Below, piece by piece: positions 52,430-64,000 of a stretch of DNA of 64,000 nt. The notes below the pieces were generated by a model. The model was given only the letters and a program-made list of their open reading frames with translations, was not told where the DNA came from and did no database searches. This stretch comes from Octopus sinensis (Eukaryota). The number at the start of each line of letters is the position of its first letter. Position 1 is the stretch's first letter. A program made the translations under genes and the position numbers. Location: positions 35,154,001-35,218,000 of the forward strand of contig NC_042999.1 in NCBI RefSeq assembly GCF_006345805.1, read 5' to 3'.

Positions 52430-54590
52430 CAGTGACGAACTTCGGTTATTGATGAAAGGGCTAGAATTCACACTTACACCTACAGTCAACCATCAGGGAT
52501 TGGAGGAAGATACCCAAAACTTTTGTTGGAAACTACGACCTGTGGAGTTTTTTACTGATAAAAATAATTAGAATGATGAATCCTAGGCGTAAAATAAACC
52601 AAAGTTTAGCCCGCCAAGAGGTCGTCGAAATACACATCTAGATCAGCAACGTCAGACCAAACATTTCAAAACTAGAAAAGTCTGCCCTTATACGTCTTAA
52701 AAATGGTTAAGACAATTGTTATCAAACAAGCGGATAAAGGGGGTGCCATTGCTATAATGGATACGGAATATTATTGAGATCTAGTAGAAGATCATTTGAA
52801 GGATACAACGTTCTACCATGAAATACCCTCAAATATTGACCACCGCATCATGAAGAGACTCAATTATCTAGTCTCAAAACATTATAACTCCCTCACTTCT
52901 AATGAAAGGGAGTATATTACCAATTTTGAGTTGAAATCAAGCAACTTTTATTGCTTACCTAAAATACATTAGTCAAAATAAATACAAAACGCTATAAAGG
53001 AACAAGGTAGTGGAGCTCATAAACTACAACAACCACAAGACTTTAAACTAGACCCATTATAGCTGATCCAGCCTGTCTTACACATCGTCTGAGCAACCTC
53101 ATTGACATTATCCTAAAACCACTATGTAGTTACATGCCCAGTTTCATTCGAAATGACATCGATTTCCTGTCACATCTGCCCAAAACAACAGAATCCAATT
53201 CACTGTTAGTTTTGATGTAACAAACTTACATACGAACGTTCCACACGATTTGGGAATTACCGCCATAAAATAGTGGGTCGAGAAACACAGAGAAGCGATC
53301 CCCAGTAGATTTACTGCAACCTTTATAGTAGACACGGTCAGCCTCATCCTCAAAAACATTACATTCCTTTTCAACGGAAAAAAAAACTACCTCGAAATTC
53401 GAGGCACAGCTATGGAAACGCGATTTGCTCCAGTTTTCGCGAACTCAGTATTGGGATACTTGAAACAAAACTTATTTAGACAAAATTGAAGAGAACTACG
53501 GCATGACCTTTAGAAGGCATATAGAGGACACATGGAAAAGATACCTCGATGATTGTTTCCTAATTTGGACCAAATCACTTGAAAATCTGGAAGAATTCAG
53601 CACCCTCCTCAACAATCTACACCATACTTTCAAATTCACAAGAGAAATGAGCAACACACAATTACCATTTCTTGACATAATGGTGATTAAACACAATACC
53701 ACAATCATAACTGATATTTATTCAAAAAGCACAGGTATACACCAGTGCCTATATTTCAAATCGTGCCACCCAATACACACAAAACGCAACATCCCGTACT
53801 GTCTAGCCAGGAAAATTTATACTATAGTATTTGATCCAAATACCAGGAACATGCGACTTATAGAACTCAAAAGATTTCTTCTCAAGCAAAACTACCTGTC
53901 TTACTTATAGAAAATACGATGAGCAAAAGAGACACTTATAGAACAAATTAGGGCAACAAGAGAAAGATGAACCCATCAACGGAACACAATACCATTTCTA
54001 GTAACATACAATCCACATCATTAAAGCATTTTAACATCATCAGAACAAATTTGCCAATCATAAAACTAAGTGAAAAATTTTAAAAAAACATAACTAATCA
54101 AGCATTTATTTTAAGTAAAAGGCAACCACATAACCTAAAGAAACTATTAACAAGGGCAAAATTCAACATGAACAAATAGGATAAAACATTCACAGCATCG
54201 AAGTGTAATGATAACTGATGTGGAACGTGTCAATGCATGCATACTGGTAGATCCATTAGGACAAAAAAAAGGACAGATTTTCGCAAATGCAGATATGAAC
54301 TGCAAAAGTAGAAATTTGATCTACAGCAGTAAATGACCGAATTGCTAGGAACTATATGTTGGCGAGACGGGGAATGTATTATCGGAATGCTCACGAGTCC
54401 ACAGACAACAAATCCGAAACACTAATATTCGCCAAATTCCATTGAACGAATATATAGAAACATGTGGTCAGAAAATGTCTTTAATTTTTCCTTTCCACAA
54501 ACTGCATGACACAAGAGAGGTTGGAAGAATGATAAAAGAAAAACGGTTTATTAAAATTTCAAACCTGTTCTGAACGGAAATAACAATAAT
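52430..54590 (+). mobile_element. Decayed Penelope-like element (RT plus GIY-YIG)
   Basis: IVIKQADKGGAIAIMD, YCLPKIH, FDVTNLHTNVPH, GTAMETRFAP, WKRYLDDCFLIW, LPFLDIMV, YVGETG; many stops and frameshifts. Confidence 0.88.
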
Positions 54591-55399
54591 ATAACAATAA
54601 GTTAATGATATGGATTAAAAAAATATCTTTAACATATGAATATAAACAAATCACAGAAAACTCCTACCAACTGAAATAAAAACAGTAGAAACAAACTTTG
54701 TTTACTCATAACACGAATTACATGTAAACCACATGTATTTTAAATTTTTAACTTTTTTTTACAAAAAGATGTTCCCCGCCCACATTATTTCGAAGGGGAG
54801 AGAATCCCCGTCAAAATGGAGAAGTTCCAACTTATTTGGTCTTCCTGACCCGAAACTTTGTTTTCCGAAAATCCCCTCCACATCCCCTCGGAAAAATTTC
54901 CCCCACAATTTTTTTTTATAATCGTAATCTATGCTGTTTGAAAATGTATTTGTACAAAATTTCATTAAAAGATATCCATTTTCCTGAAAGTTATGAGGGA
55001 AAAAAATTGGATCATAGGAATTTTCCGAAACTTTTTTTTCAATGTTTAATTTCGCTTGCAATAACCGATTCTTTTAGTCAAACTATCGTATCTCCAGTTG
55101 CTTCAGACGCCAAGTTATGAAAATTGTGAAAGTGTAGTACAATGGTTTAGCATTTTTCAAAAGTCCCACATAAGACAGTTTTTCAAAAATATTTCTAACT
55201 GAAAATATCATATATGCATGGAGTTACGATTTTATGCACCCAATAAAATATTGTTCTTAATCTGAAACTGTTGATAATGTAAAAAGAAATGTAATGGTGA
55301 AACTATTTTTTCGTTTCCTGAAAAAGCAACGTTTTGGACTTACGACACTTTTGCATAGTAGTAACGATATTAAAAAATATTATACATATATATGTAGTT

Positions 55400-55610
55400 A
55401 ATCCAAACATGAAAATACAAAGAGAAAACACAACAACGCGAGGACGTGGAACAAATATAGTATTATTAGACGCTCAGGAAGGAAGGAAACAAGGAGGGTT
55501 TTACGTTTCGAGCGGAGCTCTTCGTCGGAAACATAGGAGAAGGAAAGATCCAGAGAAGGGAAGACGAGGAAAAAAAATCGCCAACGGTACACACGCGGTC
55601 ACATTTTATA
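55400..55610 (-). mobile_element. Solo pLTR-like repeat related to 7205-7420
   Basis: Shares GTATTA..A..GCGCTCAGGAA...ACGTTTCGAGC..CGCTCTTC layout with the PLE terminal repeat. Confidence 0.7.
55498..55532 (-). ncRNA. Minimal hammerhead motif (U4C core variant)
   Basis: GTTT-CCGACGA-A-GAGC TCC GCTC-GAAAC-GTA-AAAC. Confidence 0.65.
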
Positions 55611-57693
55611 AATACATACACGCTCGTGCACCCATTCATACACATACGCATATTTTTCTAGTTGTAATAAAATGGAAGATAATTGTGCATTATGCTGTTC
55701 AGGGTTCACCACTTTATCCTAAATAAGGGTTAGATGGTTCTAACTGCCAATCGAAATCGAGTAGGTTTGATTGGAGCTTGCCCAAACAATACGGCTTTCA
55801 CTTCAACTATATTATAAAGGACCTAAAAATATTAATTAACTTAGTAATTTAAGGAAAATATTCGTTACTTACCACTTGATTTTTTAAATAATAACCATCA
55901 CTTTGCAAGCCAGCATTAGACATAATTAGAGTACGTTACATTATGACGTATTGTAGCCACTTGTCATACAGATATACTCAAAGCACAACAGAAATCCATA
56001 TCTTGGTTATATCTTCATATTCAATATATACTGGTAAAGTATTTGCTTAATATTGTTTTTCATTTTCTAAAGAGATTACGTGAACATTATTTAAAATATG
56101 CGTTATATTTAACAGAATTTTCATTATCCTGAACAGAAATGCATTAACGAAATAAAAGATATTAGCGTACACCTTGTTTGACATTCTCATTCTTTGAAAC
56201 CTTCAGAAAGTCACTGACCAGGAAATGAATTTCTATGTTATTATAAACAGGGTTAAATTTCACTAAATCAAGTTTTTGGCATGGCTTCTCCTAATATTAC
56301 GATTCATTTTCTTTTGTGATTTAAATGCTTTCATGCCTTTTGTGTAAGATTTTTAGCAAGCAATCTATTTGGCTATTTTCTTTTTCGATTGGACAGGTTT
56401 CCCTTCTCACTCCTCAGATTATGTTTGAAAATGCTAAACCTAGTTGTCCGTTTGTTTTTTCAAGCTTGCAACGGAAAACATTGAAAATGTAAGATTAAAA
56501 ATTTATAACTGGTCAGAGTTTTAATAAAAGATTCGAAAAAAAATTAGCAATAAAGAAATCCTTATATAATCAGATGGCCAAGAAAAAGAATAGAAAGCAA
56601 ATATTTAATGTCCATCTTCAATGTTGATTAGTAAAAGCAATGTCTGAAAAGAAGAGAAAATTAAAATAAAGATTTATAAAGAATAGAAGTAAATAAGAAA
56701 ACTGTGTGACGTTCTTCAAACTGAATGTGGATTGTTGGAGTGAATTACATCCTTACAAGTTAGGAAGAAAACAAATGGACCAAATGGAAGTGGATTGATA
56801 CAGGGATTATAGAGCTGAAGATAGAGAAGTGTGACGACGGAATGAGCAATTGAGAAGGAGTGTAATATATAAAATGACAGAAAGGGGGACGGAAGCGACT
56901 AAAAGAATAGAAATGAAGATGTGAAAAGATAATGAAAGGAATGGAAGTAGAAACAAAGAAGGAAAAATATAAGGATAATTCTATAGATCGAAATATTTAC
57001 TGAAACTAAGTTGACGCCCACAGTAAAAATGTTCTCTCGGTTAAAGTAGCCACTACTACAATTATTCAAAACGTTCTATTCATTAGAGGGGAAAAAAGCT
57101 GTTTAAGTTTAGAGCAAAACAATTAAGAATACGACTATTAAATAACTACTATAGATTAGCTTCCTATCCTCGGGCATGTTCTTCTCCTTCATTGTATCTT
57201 ATGAAAAAGATATGAATGAATTGTCATAATATATAGAACTACTCAATCAATAACAGGATTTTTCAAATATCTTCTTACTTTAATTGAGTTAAGTAAATAA
57301 AGATATGACTTGAATTTAACAATGATAATATAACGCGATTCTCCAATTAAATTTTCCCGGCGGATAACATATTGATAACAGAATAGAATATATGTCAATT
57401 ATTCCAGCTTTAGAAAAACTTATTTTTCGTTAGAGCTGATGAGGTACGTTCATAAAAAAACACATGACGGATTCTACTCGACCTGAAACACTAAAGTGAT
57501 TTCCTGATTTCTTTATAGATACCTCCCTCAGTAGAGTTAATCATTTTTTAACCATTTTATACTTAAAATTCAGTTGCCGCTTATATGCATGTATCCATTC
57601 TCTCCAACAAGTGTACTGGGTATACATTTGAACTATGACTTCCTAGCTCCAAACAGAGGATATGCGTATGTATGTATACAACAGTCCGCATAT

Positions 57694-57940
57694 GTAAGGC
57701 GGCGAGCTGGCAGAAACGTTAGCACGTCGGGTGAAATGCTTAGCGGTATTTCGTCTGCTGTTACGTTGTGAGTTCAAATACCGCCGAGGTCGACTTTGCC
57801 TTTCATCCTTTCGGGGTCGATAAATTAAGTAACAGTTACGCACTGGGGTCGATGTAATCGACTTAATCCCTTTGTCTGTCCTTGTCTGTCCTTGTTTGTC
57901 CCCTCTATGTTTAGCCCCTTGTGGTTAATATAGAAATATA
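57694..57940 (+). mobile_element. SINE family B monomer
   Basis: Full head, core and LINE-like tail. Confidence 0.9.
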
Positions 57941-58501
57941 TGTATGTATGCATGTATGTATCCATGTGCGTATGTATGAAGCATGTATGTAAGAGTATGA
58001 CAATGGTGTGGATTCGATCAAGTTACAGAAAGTCCTCAATAACGTTGTATCGAGTGAAATAATATTCATTCAAAATCGAGTCTATGTGATTCACTGCTCG
58101 ACATTTCTCGCTTCCGATCATCAGAGAGTGATAAAATAAATTCGTCGATGACTGAATTGTTCAGATAATATAAGGTTTTATATAAGGTTTTAATATAACA
58201 CCTACGCAAATTCCATAAACAAACCTTTCAATAGAAATATTCTCCTGAATTGAACTGCAACTGCTAGCCGTCACTGACCATTCAAAATACGACAATCAAG
58301 GCACTCCCAAATTTTTCCACCCCCTCTCCTCATCAACCTTCTTCTTCTTCTAACCTACCAAGAATTCACAACGACCTCGAACACACAAGTGCAAACAAGG
58401 GAGACAGAGAAAGGCAGAATGCCACTTATATTTGAACACTATACAAATATTCCTTTAAAAAAACTTTTCTTTTAATTTTTCTAAATTTAATTATTTAATC
58501 G

Positions 58502-58544
58502 TTACAGTTGAAAAGGTCTCAAAATGACCGAAACCGGTACTTAA
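58502..58544 (+). ncRNA. Minimal hammerhead motif (U3:A8 variant)
   Basis: TTACAG-TTGAAAA-GGTC TCAAAAT GACC-GAAA-CCGG-TA-CTTAA. Palindromic ACCGGT stem III; stem I has one bulge. Confidence 0.6.
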
Positions 58545-58594
58545 ATGTTATTTATAAAATTATTTTAGCATTTTCTATCTTGACTTGTTTTTTC

Positions 58595-58629
<35 letters not shown>

Positions 58630-58752
58630 ATATATATATATTGGCCTGCTCGCTTAGCCAGCGGGGTGGCGTCATTGTAAGGCTAAAACAATGCGAACGC
58701 ATTGTGACCAGCGATGTGTAACTACATCTGATGGACTGGTCGATCACGTGAT

Positions 58753-58807
<55 letters not shown>

Positions 58808-58808
<1 letters not shown>

Positions 58809-59190
58809 GTGTAGTAAGTAGCTTGCTTACGAGCCACATGGTTCCGGGTTCAGTCCCACTGCGTGGCATCTTGGACAAGTATCTTCTACTATAACCTCGG
58901 ACCGACCAAAGCCTTGTGGGTGGATTTGGTAGATGGAAACTGAAAGAAGCCTGTCGTATATATATATATGTTTGTGTGTGTGTGTGTGTGTGTGTTTCCC
59001 CCCCCCCCAACATCGCTTGACAACCGATGGTGGTGTGTTTACGTCCCCGTAACTTAGCGGTTCTGCAAAAAGGACCTATAGAATAAGTACTAGGGTTACA
59101 AAGAATAAGTCCTGGGGTCGATTTGCTCGATAGGCTAAAGGCGGTGCTACAGCATGGCCACAGTCAAATGACTAAAACAAGTAAAAGATA
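58808..59190 (+). mobile_element. SINE family A copy
   Basis: B box GGTTCAGTCCC, central (TG)n, shared tail. Confidence 0.88.
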
Positions 59191-59511
59191 TATATATATA
59201 TAATTTGCATGAACATATTTTATTAATCTTTTAATCTTTCTGTGGAAAATTGCTTCATGAGTCCTGCGAAAGACATATGAATGTACAAATATGGGAATAC
59301 TACTGATTAGAATATGGAATAATGATGTGTTTGTGAATTATAAATAGAAATATATTTTCATAATCTGTAGGCGTATTTTAACAAGAAATTTCCGATAAAG
59401 TTATTTTATCTCTGACTGGGATTTGTGATTGGGAATAGAATATAAATAAATAATTGTACTTATTGTACTATCGCATGTTTCATGACGACCGTTCTTATTT
59501 TTAGTATGGAG

Positions 59512-59553
<42 letters not shown>

Positions 59554-60038
59554 GCATATATACATGCATATATATATATATATATATATATATGCAAAAA
59601 GCAATAAAGATTCAAGTTAATTTAAATGAATTTACTTGAATATGGTACCTAACTTATATATATATATATGTATATAGTTATACATGTACATATATTTAAA
59701 AGAAGGCGTAAAGGACATGTGTGTCTCTGTGCATTCACTTACACGTTCTAGGAATCACGTGGGGACGTACACATTCACATTTGCATGAGCACACACACTC
59801 ACGCACTGATGCATGTGAATATTTACGTAAAGCGACGAATCGATCTATGTGGTGAGCGTAAACAACAGATTAATAAAATTCTTCAGAAATATGGTTGCTC
59901 AAAACACAACATTATACAAGTAATGAAGTGCATTATATACATATACATATTTGAATATAAAACTACATGTACATAAACGTTTGTGTTTATACACACACCT
60001 GCAAACGCGTGCACACACACGCACACACATACACATAC

Positions 60039-60073
<35 letters not shown>

Positions 60074-60449
60074 TGTACGTATGTATGCAGAATCTTAGAT
60101 GTGCGGTAGTTTACCAAAAGCTTTAGTCTCGATAAACGGTTCCACACTCCACTCCTATAATCCATGCGGCTTGATAATAGGTTCGTATGATTTCCATACA
60201 TACACATGTATGCATACATACGTACAAACTTATATGTATACATACACACTAACACATATAGGTATTTATATACATACTTATAAACATACAAACGTACACA
60301 CACGTATATACGTATACATAGGCCGACTTTGTCTTTTAGCCTTTCGAGGTCGATAAATTAAGTACCAGTTGAACACTGGGGTCGATGTCATCAATTAGTA
60401 CTCTCCCCCCAAATTCCTGGCCCTGTGCTAAAATATGAACCCAATATTT

Positions 60450-61378
60450 TTTAGCACGCCGGGTGAAATGCGTAGCCGTATTTCGTCTGCCGTTACGTTC
60501 CGAGTTCAAATTCCGCCGAGGTCGACTTTGCCTTTCATCCTTTCGGGGTCGATAAATTAAGTACCAGTTACGCACTGGGGTCGATGTAATCAACTTAATC
60601 CGTTTGTCTGTCCTTGTTTGTCCTCTCTGTGTTTAGCCCTTTGTGGGTAGTAAAGAAATAAGTATTTCGTCTGCCGCTACGTTCTGGGTTCAAATTCCGC
60701 CGAGGTCGACTTTGCCGTTCATTCTTTTGGGGTCGATTAAATAAGTACCAGTTACGCACTGGGGTCGATATAATCGACTTAATCCGTTTGTCTGTCCTTG
60801 TTTGTCCTCTCTGTGTTTAGCCCGTTGTGGGTAGTAAAGAAATAGGTATTTCGTCTGCCGCTACGTTCTGAGTTCAAATTCCGCCGAGGTCGACTTTGCC
60901 GTTCATTCTTTTGAGGTCGATTAAATAAGTACCAGTTACGCACTAGGATCGATATAATCGACTTAATCCGTTTGTCTGTCCTTGTTTGTCCGCTCTGTGT
61001 TTAGCCCCTTGTGGGTAGTAAAGAAATAAGTATTTCGTCTGCCGCTACGTTCTGAGTTCAAATTCCGCCGAGGTCGACTTTGCCGTTCATTCTTTCGAGG
61101 TCGATTAAATAAGTACCAGTTACGCACTGGTGTCGATATAATCGACTTAATCCGTTTGTCTGTCCTTGTTTGTCCTCTCTGTGTGTAGCCCCTTGTGGGT
61201 AGTAAAGAAGTAGGTATTTCGTCTGCCGCTACGTTCTGGGTTCAAATTCCGCCGAGGTCGACTTTTGACTTTCATCAATTCGGGGTCGATAAAATAAGTA
61301 TAAATTGAGCATTGGACTCGGTGCAATCGACTTACCTCCTCGTCCGAAATTGCTGTTCTTGTGCCAAAATTTGAAGTC
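60450..61378 (+). repeat. SINE family B-derived tandem array, 184-bp period
   Basis: Units start GTATTTCGTCTG at 60478, 60662, 60846, 61030 and 61214; the last unit carries the alternative tail. Confidence 0.93.
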
Positions 61379-61393
61379 ACTATTTTCCCTCGT

Positions 61394-61605
61394 CAAGGCG
61401 GCGAGCTGACAATATCGTTAACACGCCGGAAAAAATGCTTAATGGCGTTTTCTCTGTCTTTACATTTTGAGTTCAATACCGTGGAGGTCGACTTTGCTTT
61501 CAACTCCTCAGAATTGATAAAATAAGTACCAGTTGAGTAACAAGGTTCGATGTAATTGACTTATCCCCTCCCTAAAAATTACTGACCCTCAACCAAATTT
61601 TGAAA
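61394..61605 (+). mobile_element. Old SINE family B copy, alternative tail
   Basis: Head AAGGCGGCGAGCTGAC and diverged core. Confidence 0.7.
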
Positions 61606-62187
61606 GTAAATCTATTTTTTATATCCATTTAGTTTCACATCTTTTAACAAAATCAAAAAAAAAACTAAAACGTTACATTCAAAACTCATTTGATATCTGC
61701 TTAGACAAAACAGCATATTTTTAATTAATTTATTGTAATTAATGTTAATATTTTATTAGCGATAATCCATTGTCTTTTCAAATGACTATTTTTAATTTAA
61801 TATAATTTAATCCAGTAAGTGAATTATAGATGGTTGATGTTATAATATAGAATAGAATAAATATTGAATGGATAATACATTTTTAAAGAATAAATGAATT
61901 TAAGAAGGAAACCATTACAAATTAGATTAGAAATAATTTCTCTCGCGTCAAATTCTAGAAAAGAAAAATGAACCAACAAATTAGAGAGATAGAACAATTC
62001 CAGCCAAACAACTGTGATTCTCCTTTATTTATGCACGACAATTGCTCATAAGCATAAATGGACGAGCAAACCTCTACTTGCTCAACACATTAGTGGCAAC
62101 GGCAATATCAGATCAATAACGTAATAGAGTCATGATCCATGGAATAACTGCGGTTTTATTGGTATCTACCGCTTCATGCTTTTTCTT

Positions 62188-62400
62188 TTATTCTTTTACT
62201 TGCTTCAGTCATTTGACTGTGGCCACGCTGGGGCACCACCCCGAATGGTTTTGCTTGGACGAATCGACCCCGGAATACTTTTTAAGCCTGGTACTTATTC
62301 TATCGATCTCATCTACCTGACCGCTAAGTTACAGAGACGTAGCCACACTAACACTAGTTGTCAAGCAGTGAGGGAAGGGGAAAACAAACGCAAATTCACA

Positions 62401-62435
<35 letters not shown>

Positions 62436-62835
62436 ATCTTTTATCTTTTACCTGTTTCAGTTATTAGATTGCAGCCATGCTGGAGCACCGCCTTGAATTT
62501 TTAGTCGAATTATTCGATCCCCAGTACTTATCTTTTAAGTTTGGTACTTATTCTATTAATCTCTTAGGCCGAACCGCTAAGTTACGGGGACGTAAACACA
62601 CCAACACCGGTTGTCAAGTGGTGATGAGGGACAAACACAGACACACATAAATATATACATACATATACGACGAGCTTCTTTCAGTTTCCGTCTACCAAAT
62701 CCCCTCACAAAACTTTGGTCAACCCAAGGTTATAGTAGAAGACACTTGCTCAAGATTCCACGCAGTGAGACTAAACCCAAGCCAAGTGGGTGGGAAAGCA
62801 AACTTCTTACCACACAGCCACTCCAGCACCTATGT
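62188..62835 (-). mobile_element. Two adjacent SINE family A copies (62188-62400 partial; 62436-62835)
   Basis: Family A tail twice; head at about 62830. Confidence 0.8.
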
Positions 62836-62912
62836 GTCTTGTGTTTTCGCAGAAATGAAAATAACTTCAAATTGTTCTTTTCAATCTGTATACATAAGTT
62901 TATTATAGTTTA

Positions 62913-63308
62913 CTAGCAGTATCGCCCGGCGTTGTTCGGGTTTATAAGGGAAATAACTATATAAGCATTTTTAGAGAGTTATAGCCAAAAAATAGCAAAA
63001 AAATGCATTAAAAATGGAAAGAAAATTATGGTAATTTTTTTTTTAAATCGTTGACTCATCGTAGACATTTTTAGAGAGTTACTTCCCTTATATAATAGCG
63101 AAAAAAATGCATTAAAATGAGAAAAAATGATGGTAAATTTTTTTTAATCGTAGACTCATCGTAGACGCGCGCTAATACCCAGAAGGGCTCGATATGAATC
63201 ACGACTATAAGGTACCCGGTTTTGGTTAAACTGCACCGCAAAATGTGGGAGTAGTAGGAATCTAAATCGTAGGAGACAGACACACAACTTCTCTTTTATA
63301 TATAAAGA
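62913..63308 (-). mobile_element. Non-autonomous Helitron with ~110-bp internal duplication
   Basis: TC start at 63308; ends CCCGAACAACGCCGGGCGATACTGCTAG. Confidence 0.85.
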
Positions 63309-63374
63309 TTTCTCTCTCCCTTTCCTTCCCTCTCCTTCCCTCTCTCTCTCTCTCTCTCTCTCTCTCCACACACG

Positions 63375-63413
<39 letters not shown>

Positions 63414-63951
63414 CTCACAACTAATGCACTATGAACAAAAACTCCGAGTGAAATGCCTTCATATCTCTTTCCTACCTTACTCTTTGCTAAAATATTTTTC
63501 CTTTCTTTCTCTCCTTCCATAACGAAATAATACGGCGCAAATTGATAATTGTTTGCTTCGTGCTAAAGGGATTCAACCAAATCGAAACGGTAGGTACATA
63601 CAAATATTAAGAGATTTATAATTAAAACGAAAACAAAAAGAAAATAATTAACAAAAGGTATCTGAATCATGTTGGTTAGTGTCACATGCAATTTTCTCTA
63701 TGCCTGAGGTGCAAGATATTCGGCAGAAGTTTTCCATAAAAGACTGGCTTTCAACAACCTAACAATAACCTGTCCATACACAGCGAATATGACTAGAGAA
63801 TATGATAAATGACTTGATGGAAATGGTGTACAGGTAAAACAAGTGTTTCTGGAAGAGAAAAGCATAATTAGCAGAAGGGATGCACAGTAAGTTACCAACC
63901 AATGCAAATACACATATGCTTTACAACAAAAGTAACTGATACAGTTGAAAT

Positions 63952-64000
63952 ACCTATTTCTTTACTACCCACAAGGGGCTAAACACAGAGTGGACAAACA
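63952..64000 (-). mobile_element. SINE family B 3' end (runs off window)
   Basis: Tail CCCCTTGTGGGTAGTAAAGAAATAG followed by GTATTTC. Confidence 0.85.

Noticed and set aside
54740-55260. Possible non-autonomous DNA element
   Set aside because: Repeat-like, but ends and TSD could not be defined.
55700-56140. Minus-strand splice-like signals
   Set aside because: No consistent open frame between acceptor and donor.
57432-57504. CTGATGA-GGT...ACCT-GAAA-CAC TAAA GTG motif
   Set aside because: U16.1 is A and stem I is weak; probably a decayed hammerhead, not supportable as functional.
60450-61378. Regular repeat array as a CRISPR candidate
   Set aside because: Contiguous 184-bp units with no unique spacers, eukaryotic SINE origin, no cas genes.

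Overview
Repeat-dense, AT-rich animal genomic DNA. The SINE families and (TA)n/(TACA)n/(GATA)n load suggest an octopus or other cephalopod; this is inference. No host gene can be called with confidence; there are only weak minus-strand exon candidates near 4.3-5.9 kb and 19.8 kb. Large elements: a near-full-length Penelope-like retroelement (PLE) with two ~610-bp direct terminal repeats (7205-12333, -), a decayed autonomous Helitron (13252-19207, +), a 5'-truncated Tx1/L1-clade LINE (26919-28525, -), a Naiad-type PLE fragment (39454-40848, +), two decayed PLEs, several mariner/Tc1 remnants, RTE and R4/Dong-type LINE fragments, non-autonomous Helitrons, a hAT MITE and many tRNA-type SINEs. Two signals stand out. 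(1) Six minimal type I hammerhead ribozyme motifs with palindromic stem III, including U3:A8 compensatory and A6U/U4C core variants; two sit in the PLE terminal repeats exactly 4519 nt apart. (2) A modular SINE whose 3' tail matches the Tx1-like LINE 3' end at 35/44 nt, forms 184-bp tandem multimers, and moves as TSD-flanked dimers. There is also a cluster of fold-back inverted duplications between 26 and 46.5 kb.
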